Assembly (NCBI RefSeq): GCF_964204865.1
Contig: NC_135254.1
Location: 11,470,001-11,534,000 of the forward strand
Source of the DNA: Styela clava
Taxonomy: Eukaryota
Direction of reading: 5' to 3'
Length of the DNA: 64,000 nt
The notes under the pieces were generated by a model. It worked only from the letters and a program-made list of their open reading frames with translations. It was not told the DNA's origin and made no database searches. Of this stretch, positions 26,821 to 38,360 are shown one piece after another (position 1 is the stretch's first letter; every line of letters begins with the position of its first letter). The translations under genes were made by a program, and so were the position numbers.

Positions 26821-27390
26821 ATGCAAAAGATCAAGTGTGTTGCAGTTGGTGATGGAGGCGTGGGAAAAACTTGTTTGTTTTGGACATACGCAATGAAAGA
26901 ATTTCCGCAATCTATACCGACAATACAGGACCACGCATTATGCATTTCAAGAGATAATAGTATATATAATTTAGGACTTTTCGATGCCGCTGGAGAAACG
27001 GAAGATAAACTGAGACCGCTAATGTATCCAGGTACGGACGTAGCGTTGGTCTGTTTTTCAGTGGTATCGCCACAAAGTTTTGAAAGTGCCAAGTCAAAAT
27101 GGATACCAGAAATTTTACAGCATTGTCCCGATGCCCCATTCATTCTGGTTGGTACAAAATCGGATCTGCGAGATGATATTGCAACACTGGAAAAATTATC
27201 AAGTGTGAATGAAACTCCTGTAACCGTAGAACAAGGACAAGACACAGCTCAAACACTTGGAGCAGCTGACTATGTGGAATGTTCAGCACAGACATTGTTA
27301 GGCGTAGAAGACACCATAAATCACGCTGTAGACGCTGTTTTGCTGAACTTCAGTGCAAAATCGAAACGGACAAAATGTTCTATTTCATAG
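26821..27390 (+). CDS. Intronless Rac/Cdc42-like small GTPase, 189 aa
   Basis: G1 GDGGVGKT, G3 DAAG, LRPLMYPGTDVALVCFSVVSP, G4 TKSD, G5 CSA, polybasic tail and CAAX CSIS. Confidence 0.92.
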   Translation: MQKIKCVAVGDGGVGKTCLFWTYAMKEFPQSIPTIQDHALCISRDNSIYNLGLFDAAGETEDKLRPLMYPGTDVALVCFSVVSPQSFESAKSKWIPEILQHCPDAPFILVGTKSDLRDDIATLEKLSSVNETPVTVEQGQDTAQTLGAADYVECSAQTLLGVEDTINHAVDAVLLNFSAKSKRTKCSIS

Positions 27391-27926
27391 ATTTCGATTA
27401 CAATAGTTTTTTATTTTTATTTTACATGGAATTAAAGCGATATTTTTTCAAATTAGAATATCATCATTGGTGACAGGCAAGTTGAAGCTTCGCTCAAAAA
27501 TAACAGATAATTTTTATCTGAGCATCAGTATTTTAGGTACCGGTACGGATTTGTTTTATCCCGTTTGAATTCGATAAGCTATTTAGGAATAGCTGTTTAG
27601 AACACATTCATTTACAAAATATGTTAGAATACCGTGAATATGGAGAGCTGCAATAAATTGTATGGAGATCACATCTGGTAAACAATAAGCTGACATAGCG
27701 AAATGCGAGAAACAATGGCAAAATGCTATGCATATATTTGCTTCAGTCATTTTCTGTTCACTACATTAGCGAAGCCATCTGCATAAAACCATATGTTGGA
27801 GCATCGATTAGTTAGAATATACCGATAGATACCCACTCCACGAAATAAAAATGGCACATATAGCTTCACGACAACGCGGGTTTTCCCAGCCGGGCAAGAA
27901 TTCCTCCCAATGATATATATATATAT

Positions 27927-29554
27927 CGTCACACTAATAAACGAATTGCGTAAGTCATTTTTAGCAGTTTGGAGAAAAACGTAAAAAACTTCCCAATGAA
28001 ATTGTTATGCCATTGAGAGTCAATAATTTGCCATGGTTCAATTTTTTGATCGTAGCCGGATTTAAGTTAATTTGTATGACGCAGTTAAGTGACGTCATAA
28101 TGGCGCACTGTGACTTAGGCAGAAATGTGTCTATGACTTGGGGACATACGCAATTTTGCAACTTTAGTATATCGTCACGCTGATAACCGAATTGCGTAAG
28201 TCATTTTTAGCAGTTTTGAGAAAAACGTAAAAAACTTCCTAATAATTTTGCTATGCCATTGAGAGTCAATAATTTGCCATAGTTCAATTTTTTTGATCGT
28301 AGCCGGATTTAAGTTAATTTGTATGAGGCAGTCATGTGACGTCATAATGGTGCACTCTGACTTAGAGGCTATGGCTATGACTAGGGGACATACGCAATTT
28401 TGCAACTTGACTATATGTAGGCTACCAGTCCTGAAAACCAAACAATCCAAAAACGAATGTAATTCTCAGTATATACGATGTCAAATCCCCAAAATAGCTA
28501 ATCTGTTTCAATTACATTATTTTTTATTCTTAAAAATATATATTTCATCAATATAACACGCTCTGCACATCCACCGAATAAGACTAAAGTTAAATATAAA
28601 GAATAAAACAGCAATGTACCCTTATATAAAAGCCAACCAAGGTGAATTAGACTCAGACAGTGAATATCACAAGTGCACGCCTTCCTATACTGTAGTATGA
28701 ATTGAAATTTATAAGCTAAGCTAGAATTTGAGATGCAAAAACTCGAAAATCCTTCGCCGAGGTTATTTTGCTTTTGTCACAATAGTTCTGCGTAACAATG
28801 ATAATTCATTATGACGAAATAATTAAACAAATTTGCATATTATACAAAATCTCTATTTTTATGGGTTTCGGAATTTTTAAAATAAAATCTGAGTTAACAG
28901 ACACCTATTTTATGAAAAACTCAAAACCGCCAAAAATGACTTACGCAATTCGGTTATTAGCGTGACGATATGCACCAGTCCGGAAAACAAAACATTCCAA
29001 AAACGAAAGTAATTTTCAGTATCTACAATGTCTAATCCCAAAAATAGCTAATCAGTTTCAATTACATTATTTTTATGTTTAAGAATATATATTTCAATAA
29101 TATAACACGTTCTGCACACCCACCGAAATAAGACTAAGATTAAATATAAAGCGTAAAACAGCAATGCACCCAATATAAAAGCCAACCAAGGTGAATTGGA
29201 CTCGGACAGTGATATCATAAGTGCACGCCTTCCTATACTGTAGTATAAATTTAAATTAATACGCGCTAAGCTAGAATCCGAGATGCAAAAACTTGAAAAT
29301 ACTTAGCGGAGGTTATTTTGCCTCTGTGACGTCACAATAGCCAAGCGGTAACGCTGATAATTCATTATGACGAAACAATTGCATAAAAGTGCATGTCATA
29401 CTAAATCTCCATTTTCATGGATTTCGGAATTCCTAAAATAAAATCTGAGTTAACAGACAGTTGCGCAGCATTACATAAATATTAAATACCGATTTTATAA
29501 AAAAAACTCAAAATCGCTAAAAATGACTTACGCAATTCGGTTATTAGCGTGACG
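27927..29554. mobile_element. ~830-bp TIR MITE (outer copy), ATAT target duplication, possibly Sola1-like
   Basis: Long TIRs CGTCAC(A/G)CT(A/G)ATAA(A/C)CGAATTGCGTAAGTCATTTT and the reverse complement at the right end, flanked by ATAT. Confidence 0.8.
28173..28967. mobile_element. Second copy of the same MITE inserted inside the first
   Basis: Same TIRs, ATAT on both sides (28169-28172, 28968-28971). Produces a left-left-right-right arrangement. Confidence 0.8.
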
Positions 29555-29673
29555 ATATACAATTTAATTGTTTCAGGGTGGGATTTTTCAATTTGTAGTA
29601 TTACTCTTATTCTCTACTTATTTTTTGTGCTTCTGATACATATTATAAACGCGAGTCGAATTGCAAAACAAAT

Positions 29674-29963
29674 GGCTCGGCGGTGTGGCGCATCGCGACC
29701 CGGCTTGGTTCGCTTTCCGTGGGTAATAATTATGTGCGAGAGGATAGCTGGATTCCTTTCCGTCTTGGGGTGGTTCACGTAACCGCTGCTCGGTTAATAC
29801 TTCCTTCACCATAAAGTCTATGCATCTGAAAACAAAATAACTGGCTAACTAATCCCATACTCGACATGGACTGGTAACCGGACGAAAGGTTGTGATTCAT
29901 CATATATATAATTAAGCCGTCCTAACGGATATCCGCTCCCCTGGGATAATTATGTAAATCCTA
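29674..29963 (+). mobile_element. tRNA-derived SINE, diverged copy
   Basis: TATGTGCGAGAGGAT...GGTGGTTCACGTAACCGCT...CTAATCCCATAC...ATGTAAATCC matches the 6616 copy. Confidence 0.85.
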
Positions 29964-30230
29964 AGCAGGGTTTTTATAAATAGCGTGGAAGGAATGAAGA
30001 GTTTCAAAATAGGCCAAAGGAGGGCATCAGAACGTTGGGAACATAGATAACGGTAGTTTGGCCCAGCCGTGTTCTCCACGTACCAGCGTTTTCCTGTGCG
30101 TCAGTATTTTTATCAAATAAGACTTCGGCAAACAAAACCATTTTTAGCATCACGAACTTTGTCCGACTTAATGAGAGAAATCAAGTAATGTCTTTGAATA
30201 GCTGGCAAATGGCAGGTTGCTTTGACACAT

Positions 30231-30520
30231 CGTGCTCAGCGTTAACAACACGCTCGCCACTCTGCGTGGGTTCGCATCCCATGCGGGGATGGTTATGTGC
30301 GCGAGTATTGCTGAACTCTTCGCCGCCGTAGGGTGGTTCACGCCACCGCTGGGCGGTTACGGATTACTCCACCATCAAGGCCATGCTCCCGAAAACAAAA
30401 ACTTAACTAATCCCATATCCGACATGGAATGGTAACAGGACGAGAGGCCGTGCTTAGCCATATGGTTAAGCCGTCTTATCGGCTTTCCTCTCCCCGGGGA
30501 TAAATAATGAAAATCCTATC
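30231..30520 (+). mobile_element. tRNA-derived SINE, diverged copy
   Basis: Body and AATCCTATC tail match the 6616 copy. Confidence 0.85.
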
Positions 30521-30671
30521 TTAATCACATAACAAAAACGACAGTTTTTTTTATTTATTTATTTGAAATTAATTATTAAATAAAATAAAAAGCATATATC
30601 AGAAAGAAATCACCATCACGATATAATCAAAACAGTTTGCATTGACAAAACCACGTTTACAATAGATTCAG

Positions 30672-33600
30672 TTATTTCACCATTCCATTGTGTATGGAAA
30701 AGGCTAAGAAGCATATCAGTGAAACTCCTATGCAAATTTTTATTTTACTTCTTCGACCATAAATTATTTTTGGTCGACCAACTTCCATACCAGGAGTAAT
30801 TAGATCCGATTGTAGAGTGTTTTTCCTTATTTTTTCCGTTTCCATCTTCACACATTTCAAAGACTTGCAGAGATCGTACATACTTTGAGTCATGTCTTCA
30901 AGCTTAAAACAAAACAGGTATTCAAATTCAAGGCAATGTGATTATTAATAAAGCATACCAGCACTGAGTGTGACATTGCTCTGTGAAAAGTATCTTAAAA
31001 AAAAATTGAACGCTCAAATCTTGAAACAACCATAACCAGGTTTAAGTACATGTATATTCTCACATTTTGAATAGGCTGAATGATAGACACCAGACTGTAG
31101 ATTTATAATAAGACGACAGTGCTTGATTGAGCCATCATGCTGATTCTCCTCTATCTTTTTGGGATATGTATCAAAGCCTAGCCCAGTAACAGAAGTATAT
31201 GGAACTGTATTACCTTATTGCTGAAACTTTGTAGAGGAGGTTCATCATATGTCATATTAGATTGAGGGTAGAAAGCATCAGGATACATTTCAATATGATG
31301 TCGAATATATCTAGAAATGATTATAAAAGTATTATTGACTAAATATGCACAAGCGTTGTATTTGTAAAGAATTCCGAAAGTCATTTGAAAATTGTTTTCG
31401 GACAAATGTTAGCACATACTTTTTGCTACTTACTCATAGCGAGCATTCAAAGCCTAGAAAATGCATCTGTTTTAACGGTACTTTGTTTGTCAAGCATATA
31501 GCCAAACGGACTTTCCACCAGTACTATTTCTGCCTTTAATTGAAAACTTGCAACATTGCTCCAAGAAAACTTTCATAAAAGCATTCAATAAAATGCCACA
31601 TATACAGAAAATCGGAAATTATTTGAATTTCATCAAAACCAAATTGTGTCAATGGAATATTTACATTGTATGGTTTCCTCCACCCACCATCAAGTCTATG
31701 CATCTGAAACAAATGACTGGCTAACTGACCTCGCCATGGACTGGTAACAGGACAATAGGCCGTGGTAAGTCATATGATTAACCGGGGCTCCCGAAGTATG
31801 CGAACCAAGATGGCGGACATCAGAATGTAATATGTGTACTAGGTTAGGGTTAGGCCATAATTTTAGGTATAAATACTACGGGAGGCTCTTGGCTAGTCTT
31901 CGAACTGATAATAGGACTAAAATAAGGAAAATTAGAAAAAAATTATGGCCTTACCCTAACCTGTTACGTTCCGATGTCCGCCATCTTGGTTCGCATACTT
32001 CGGGAGCACCGATTAACCTTATCGTCTTTCACCTGTCCCAACAAGGTCAAATGATATCTTATCTAGAGCTCGGCCGATATATCGGACCGATATTGCGTGT
32101 TTGTCGATATATCACATCGGCCGTAAACCGCCGATATATATCGGCCATACTCGGCAACCGCGGGCTGGGTGCTGCAACGGCTCTCGCCCCTGGTAACTGG
32201 TTTCCCAATATTTCTCTCGCTTTCATTTTGCGTTATAAAGGTGTCTCTCCTAATTCCCGGTGTCTTATGATTAGCCATTTCATGCATGGTCATAACTGAA
32301 TAATTATTATCTGGAGTAACAATGACGTTTTATAAAGTGACGTTTTTGAGAGAGTATACAATGAGAAAAAGGCAACATTAAACGGTGGTTCTATAAATAG
32401 TATCGATTGGAAGTTGGTGAGTTTGTAATCACAGAAACTTGGTACAGGTAGCTGAAAGCAATAATATCAGTTCCAAATTTGTGACCTCCCCAATTTCAAT
32501 TTTGATTTTCTGGGGTAACAGTTTTATCTATATTGATGGTTGTTTATCATTTTGCTGAGAATTACAGAAAAAAACTTAATCCATTATTATTGACTAAAAA
32601 AGGTATTGAGAGTCTTTGGAAACAAAGTTATTAAAAATTTCACATGTAACGGGCTAACGGCACATATGCTATCACAATATCGAAGGAATTTATCTTTATC
32701 ACGATTCACTTTAAAATATATCAATTTATAATTTTTCAATATCCTCAACATATGCCCATAGTTATATTTGAAAACGTCAGATTAACAATTCTTTTTCCTG
32801 GAAATAGCTAGACTGATATTGAAGTAGCAGGAAAAGTCACAGAATAACATTTGTTCAAGCATTAACTGGAGGTTAAATAAAAGTCTTACTGCCATGATAA
32901 TATATATCAAAATGAAACTACAGACTCACGAGGTGCATCATAAAAGCGCGGCTCAAAGTCAAAATATCATTTATATTAATAGCGGTATCGTTTATCGGCC
33001 ACTAGTTATCCGATATATCGATATCGGCATCAAAAATGGATATCGGTCAAGCTCTAATCCTATCCTCATCTTACTTACTTCAAGCAGCTTGAAATGTAGG
33101 CTACTTGTTCAGATGCACCACTGATTAAAGATACCATATTATCGAATGTCAATGCTGTATTTGTATAATCAGGAAGATCTGACGTGCTTGTATGTTTTTC
33201 GTGACATTCACGAATCTGTAACAAAGAGGCATCTTTTAGAGATAATTCACTATATAAACTTAAAACCAACAGTGTATTCATGGTTTGGTTTTGGTATATT
33301 AATGTGTCTCCAAAGCCCAGTATTTATTGGCGAGTTTTCTATTGAAAATCTTTTTGGACTTAATCTGTAACAGGAGTAACAGGTTTTCAAGCAATGCGAC
33401 AACTGCGTGCAATGCTTTAGAAACCTCACAATTTCAATTAGGAGTAAACCAACATAAGTTTGACTAATAAAGTTAAAGAGCACTTTAGAGTAAGCGTTTA
33501 TTTCAACATCAAATCAACTTGGGAAACAAAAAGTCAGATTTCCATATGGGACAAAAGCAACATAAGCCATAAACATACCGCACTCAAAATTCTTTTTCTG

Positions 33601-35767
33601 GTCCCGTATGCAGGTATTCCTATTGTTTCCAACTCTTCCATAGTTAAGCATAATAACTGCTTAAAAGTAACATCTTGTTCCTGTAATAGATATAAAAAAT
33701 ATTACGTTACAATTACAGACTACAGTAACAAGCAGAAAAATAAGTGAAATTAATTACATTCGAATGGCTTGTGTGAGATATTTTGGTAATTCATATTGTT
33801 ATTCTGAGGTCCGGAAACATTGGACTGGACGACCCAATTTTCATACTTCGACCAGACCAGTAAATACAAAAATTAAAATTTCAGACAACATTAATTACAC
33901 TCACTTTAAAAATTGGTATAAGTCTTGCCAGATCCAGTCCAAGCAGAAACAGTTCAAGTTGACCATATCTGGAAAATATCACAAGAAAATAAGTTCTAGA
34001 CTTTTACACTGCACGAATCTTGGCCAATAGGTCGTGGTCAAAATTTTTTTCAAAGTTTTTATGATAAGTCTGGACTTCTTTATAAGGCCAAAGTGAGGTT
34101 TACTGGGTAATTGAAGACAGAAACAGAAAGGTAATAATATTAAAGTGTCCACTGTCCATAGCTCCTGACAAGCCAAGCCAACTTCCATTAAAAATTCCAA
34201 AATACGGTATCTTGAATGTTCTGCCACAAATATCCTCTATCAAGATGCTATTATTGCTGACAATGTAAGTTTAAAAGTTCAACTTGTTGGGTGGTCTTCC
34301 GTTTATATTAATAAATTTGAAAAATTCTGTCCCTATACACTGATCATGTCTAGGCTGATCATGTGAGTTGACTCACTGTCAACTATTAGGCTGATTTGAG
34401 TACTAATTTGCACACATCAAAACACAAGTAAATGTTCAAGCAAGTACATTCAGCTTTTCAGTTGGGTAGTCACCAAAGGTGCAATTCAGCCTTATCCAAA
34501 GCCACTCATGGTTTGTTCAATGAAAATAGTGAATGAAAAGCGCTACCCACAAAATCGTTCAAAAATATTAAATAACATAAACCTACGTTTCATATGCCTG
34601 ATCTTCCATTTTTTCACGAACAACCATAGCAGGTAGAATGCTGACAAGTTCTTCCTCTTCATCTTCAGCTACGAGTGTTTCTGCTACTTTGCCCTTCATC
34701 ACATCACAGTTTTCTGTCTTTGAAATAGGTTGTTCAAGAAATCCAGATTCTTTTTCTACCAAGTCTACACCTGCCAGAACTATATTTCGCTTTATTTCAT
34801 CATCGGCCACGTTGTCTAGAGTCGTATCAGATATCTCAACTGGATTTTTATTGCCAGCATTGAAAGTGGAAATTTCCAGAACATCATTCTGAGGACGAAG
34901 AGACGGCTGAAAAATATTTTCAGCCGTTGCTTCCATGCAATCCTCAGACAAATCAGCAGATTCATGTATTGGACTAATTTCTTCACTGATTTTATTACAC
35001 ATAGAAGACTTAGTAGTAATATATTCCTTCACACTCTCTGGCCACATTGCATAGCTATTACATGCAGAGTCCAGTGTTATTCCCAAATCCAAAAATAATT
35101 TCAAAATATCCAGGTGTCCATACACAGCTGCCCAGTCTGCAGCAGACCATCCTTTTTCATCTTTCGTAAAAAGACTTTTCTGGTCAGTTATATGCTTGAG
35201 AAAAACCTGTACAACATTAGACAAACCACCACGGGCAGCGTACATCAAAGGCGTCCTTCCCTTCGAATCTGTAGAAGTTTCGTCAGCCCCCTCACCCAGC
35301 AAAAGTTCAACAATATTCTCGAGTCTATCATTTTTCTGTCTTATGTTGGATTTGCAAGCAGTATGCAGCGCAGTGACCCCTTCCCTATTGCTCAAGTTCA
35401 CATTAGCATTATTGTCGATCAAAAAACGAACTATTTCAACTTGCGCAAAGTATGAAGCATACATCAATGCATTCCAATCTGAACTTAGAAATACATCAAT
35501 GTCAGTTTGGTCTTGCGATAAAAGACTTACAGCCTTTAAATCACCGACTGTTACAGCAGTTTGTAAGTCATTTAAAGCCAATGTGTGGGGACCAGTTTTA
35601 TGCTTCTGAGCACAAAACGGAATACTATTCCCAGGACTTGGAGAGGATATCTGGTAGTGTTTTTCAGGAGCGTTCTGAAACTTTGAATTATCACCATCCC
35701 CAAATTCAAATAAATCGTCATCATCAGAATCGAAATCACTGTCACCTGCAGGAACATACCGATACAT
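30672..35767 (-). CDS. ASZ1: ASZ1/GASZ (ankyrin repeats, SAM domain, C-terminal membrane anchor); predicted exons 35767-34587, 33968-33905, 33680-33579, 33215-33079, 31310-31214, 30902-30672 (~603 aa)
   Basis: Acidic N-terminus (PAGDSDFDSDDDD), ankyrin repeats (WNALMYAS, VTALHTAC, RTPLMYAARGG, WSAADWAAVYGH), SAM-like YGQLELFLLGLDL...EQDVTFKQLLCLTMEELETIGI...RKRILSAI, and hydrophobic tail ICIGVSLICFLAFSI. Exon phases are consistent. Confidence 0.85.
31670..32063 (+). mobile_element. SINE 3' fragment in an ASZ1 intron, interrupted by a MITE and, in its tail, by a hAT element
   Basis: TTCCTCCACCCACCATCAAGTCTATGCATCTGAAAC...GGACTGGTAACAGGAC matches the SINE. The tail resumes as ATCCTATCC at 33057. 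Confidence 0.7.
31784..32010. mobile_element. Near-palindromic GG-terminated MITE
   Basis: Long TIRs GG(G/T)GCTCCCGAAGTATGCGAACCAAGATGGCGGACATC and 8-bp TSD GATTAACC. Confidence 0.88.
32064..33056. mobile_element. Non-autonomous hAT (Ac-like, TAG termini)
   Basis: Ends TAGAGCTCGGCCG / CGGTCAAGCTCTA, subterminal ATCGG/CCGAT repeats, TSD ATCTTATC / ATCCTATC. Confidence 0.82.
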
Positions 35768-36823
35768 GTTTCTGCAGTGTGCAAAATAAAGCAAGATCTT
35801 AAAATCTAGAAATGACAGACTGGTTTGATTGCTGTTGCAATTATATGTAGTCTATATATGCAATATTTCTAAAAATTGAAAAACTGAATTGATTCATTGG
35901 GTAAAAAAAATAAATACAGTAATTGGTAAGTAATCAAACCCTTCCAGCCCTTCAAATTCGGTGGTATTTGCAATTAAACAATTGTACAACTAAATTGCAC
36001 AAAAAATACATCCAAGTAACAAGGAATAACCAAGATGCAGCGATCCTGCATCCAGTATAGTATTGAAAAAGATACTGGTATCTGTAATAAATCACCCGAT
36101 GAGTATAACAGGTATTGATTGTAAATGAATAACATCTGAAAATAGTAGGGGGAACAGTAGGAGATGACAAAAAGTTGGGTTCCAGTTTAAAAATGGTGAT
36201 TTTATGGTACTAATGAGTAATGACTGAATGAGATGTTGCATCATGAGATGTCGCACAGCTCAGCAGCTATATCTGTGTCAAAGCTAACTTGAGTACTGCA
36301 ATGTAGATTATTCAAATGTTGAATATTTAATAAATATATAATAAACATTGGAAGCAAAGTTGTTTCCATAGGAATATATTACTTAGTAGTATACGTACTT
36401 ACGTACTAGTATTAGCCATGTTGATTCCAAGAAAACAATTAATTTCAGCATATCTGTCTATTACTGTATTATAGGTTCGTATACATTTATTATTATTTGC
36501 GAGTCCATTTGGCATGATGTAAAATTCGTGATTGTTTACCGTTAATTGTTAGTATAAGTATATTTTAATTTACCCACAAAAAATTTAATTTACACAAAAC
36601 ACAAATAATAAACACACAGTAGGTTGAGAAAATCGAGGAAACTAGCAAAACCTTTATAAAGGTTTAATACATGTAAATATACATGCGCCAGTTTACCCAC
36701 ATTCAACACACAAACATAAATTCAAAATAAAAAAGACAAAGACACGGACTGGTACCGTATTGTTCGGTCGTCAAACTTCAGAATTTGTGTAACATAAACA
36801 CTCGGTGGGTGCCAATTAATAAA

Positions 36824-36937
36824 GGCTGACGGACAACTCCACCGTAGAAAATGCCAAAAGACGGACAACTCACCAGGCCTCTAGGTAGTCGAGTTGTCTC
36901 TGGTGAGTTGTCCGTGTAGTCGAGTTGTCCGCCTCCC
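36824..36937. mobile_element. Tiny GG-terminated MITE upstream of ASZ1
   Basis: Repeated CGGACAACTC versus GAGTTGTCCG in inverted orientation, 8-bp TSD TTAATAAA. Confidence 0.7.
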
Positions 36938-37126
36938 TTAATAAATACACTTTGATTGTTATGAAACTGCCACCAATAAACAGTGCCGGTAAGTTCTAAC
37001 ATCACAAACCGGTATGTTAGTCGTTGTCACAAACTAACTGATTGTAGATTACATGCACCTTTCAGCTTTCGCGAACACGCCAAAACCAATTACCAACTAA
37101 ATGGACCGCTGTGAAGCTAGTCGTAG

Positions 37127-37497
37127 GCGCGGTGGTGTGGCTCATCGTGATAAGCGTTAGGAATACGCTCGCCACCGCACCTCTAATTACTCTGCGTGGG
37201 TTCGCAGGTTCGAATGACATGCGGGATGGTTATGTGCGAGAGAATTGCTGGACTCCTCGCCGCCGTAGCCCGTAGGGTGGTTCACGTAACCGCTGGTCGG
37301 TTACGACTTGCTCCACCGTCAAGTCCATGCCTCCTAAAAACAAGTAACTAACTAATGGACATGAAATGGTAACCGGACGAGAGGCCGTGGTTCGCCATAT
37401 GAATAAGCCGTCTTATCAGCTTTCCTCTCCCCGGGATGAAAATGTAAATCCTATCCTGTGTCCTGTCCAACGACTAACATACCGTCCTGTCCTATCC
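37127..37497 (+). mobile_element. tRNA-derived SINE, full-length copy
   Basis: GCGCGGTGGTGTGGCTCATCG...GGTTCGAAT...; (TCCTR)n tail. Confidence 0.9.
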
Positions 37498-38157
37498 TAG
37501 TAGAATTTGACCTTTGTGTGCGGGGAAGCAAAAAAGTTAAAATTCTTGCCAGAATTGTAGGCGTGTCATAATTTACTCCTGAAAAAATGTAGACATGTAA
37601 AATTGACATAACAAAAAAGAAAGATATTTATCAAATAAAACTAAAATTCACAAAGCAAAAGCATGATTTGCTTGGTAAAATAAGCATAACAAATAGATTG
37701 CAACTAATTTTTTTTCTTTATAAATATCCCATGTTGAATATGCCCCTTTTCATCAAAATTACGTGAAAGGAAAAAGTGGTAATTTTTCAATTTTCAAATA
37801 TTAATGGAAAGAGGCACCCGGTTTTATAATTTCTTAACAAGGTGTAATATATAAAGGTTATCACACACACTGAACCTAAAACTACTCGAACTTAGAAAAG
37901 GGAGTACTTCCCTGTTGAAGATACCCCCATTCATCAAAATTAAGTGAAACGAGCCTCGTGCGGCCATAAGAAAGAAATATGTAGTGGCAGAGTAGAAGTA
38001 CGTCAGCAACATAAAAAAATGTAAAATATGCTCCGCAGTCAAAAAATATAAATAACATAAACTGGCTTACTACGCGTTTCATGCCATCATTTTGATCCAA
38101 TAGAATCCCGGTTTTGATTAAACTAAACTCCCAGAAAGATAAAAATAATCATTGAGT

Positions 38158-38360
38158 TATTACTTATCGATTTTAATCGATAAGTATGTTGATAGGTATT
38201 TGTCTGTTTGTCTGTCTGTTAGATGCACGCGATATTTCACGAAAGCGAGATTGAATCTGCTCCAGATTTTGCATGTACATTTATCATATGTCAGACCAGG
38301 AGCCTATTGATTTTGGATAAATTATATCGTATAATTAGCGAGTTATTAACTAATTAGTGT
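38158..38360 (+). mobile_element. DINE-1/HINE-like element, truncated at the LINE junction
   Basis: Reverse complement of the 11835-12133 copy: CTTATCGATTTTAATCGATAAG hairpin followed by (TGTC)n. Confidence 0.7.

Noticed and set aside
27927-29554. Simple tandem duplications or a CRISPR-like array
   Set aside because: Better explained as a self-nested MITE. There are no unique spacers and the context is eukaryotic.
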